DNA from: Candidatus Nanoarchaeia archaeon
GTDB lineage: Archaea > Nanobdellota > Nanobdellia > Woesearchaeales > DSVV01
NCBI GenBank assembly: GCA_048618745.1
Contig: JBMCCQ010000001.1
Span: 1-52,587 of the forward strand
Length of the DNA: 52,587 nucleotides
Reading direction: 5' to 3'
Shown: positions 52,425 to 52,587 of the stretch, piece by piece
How the letters are laid out: each line of letters begins with the position of its first letter
Numbering within the stretch: position 1 is the stretch's first letter
The notes under the pieces: model-generated
Seen by the model: only the letters and a program-made list of their open reading frames with translations
Databases searched by the model: none
Told to the model about the DNA's origin: nothing
Position numbers and translations under genes: made by a program

Positions 52425-52451
52425 ATCATAATTGTCATAATTGTCATAAAT
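52425..52451. repeat. Three tandem 9-bp units TCATAATTG/TCATAATTG/TCATAAATG
   Basis: Direct reading of the sequence. Located in the same non-coding tract as the palindromic arrays. Confidence 0.75.
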
Positions 52452-52587
52452 GGTTATCTTGCAAACTTATTGGAATATTTCCTTGTTAAAAGATAGAGTC
52501 CCATTTTTTCAAAAAAAACCGGGTCTGAGCATATCCTAAGTGAGGTGAGCGTTTTTTTGTCTCAAAAATTCAGACAGTGTTTAGTTA

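Noticed and set aside
51853-52496. Four overlapping ORFs of 60-97 aa with recurring HYNG/IIMG peptides
   Set aside because: They have TTG or weak starts and mutually overlapping frames. The repeated peptides are translations of the CATTATAATG palindrome, and the hydrophobic stretches reflect the GT-skewed core. The region is treated as non-coding. A real small membrane protein at 51853-52146 cannot be fully excluded.

Overview
AT-rich archaeal chromosomal fragment. Archaea-specific markers include L18e, L19e, L32e, S4e, RNase P Rpp29, aIF2-beta, aSUI1, pelota, RpoD/RpoN, an archaeal-type SRP RNA and BHB-type tRNA introns. The phylum cannot be assigned from the sequence alone. Layout: (1) 0.5-4.4 kb, S13-S4-S11-RpoD-tRNA-Leu-L18e-L13-S9-RpoN. 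(2) 4.4-9.5 kb, an accessory patch with two orphan genes directly downstream of the SRP RNA, an FkbM methyltransferase, tRNA-Cys, a YkgJ Cys-cluster protein, an alpha/beta hydrolase, an interrupted tRNA-Arg and another orphan. (3) 9.6-23.5 kb, a complete L3...L15-SecY ribosomal superoperon, with several proteins carrying long low-complexity tails. (4) 23.5-27.7 kb, a DUF106/YidC-like insertase, a SpoIIM-like protein, aIF2-beta, DUF424, acylphosphatase and pelota. (5) 28-33.3 kb, an MCP plus hypB-hypA-hypF. (6) 33.6-43.6 kb, a roughly 10-kb chemotaxis operon: 3x cheY, cheB, free Hpt, cheA, 2x cheC, cheD, cheR, cheW, CBS protein, CheC-like protein. (7) 43.6-51.9 kb, an AsnB-like PP-loop enzyme with an orphan partner, gyrA without gyrB, a PfkB kinase, an orphan, a Fap7/AK6 kinase with a novel N-terminal domain, and a wHTH protein. 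(8) 51.9-52.6 kb, a non-coding region with phased arrays of the palindromic 10-mer CATTATAATG around a GT-skewed core. The best candidates for novelty are a CheD with a complete receiver domain inserted into it, a 398-aa CheC-family protein with unknown flanking domains, the overall che operon architecture, and the terminal palindromic repeat locus next to the wHTH gene. No CRISPR array, transposase, integrase or rRNA was seen. All protein calls rest on motif and family recognition in the supplied translations; no database search was run.
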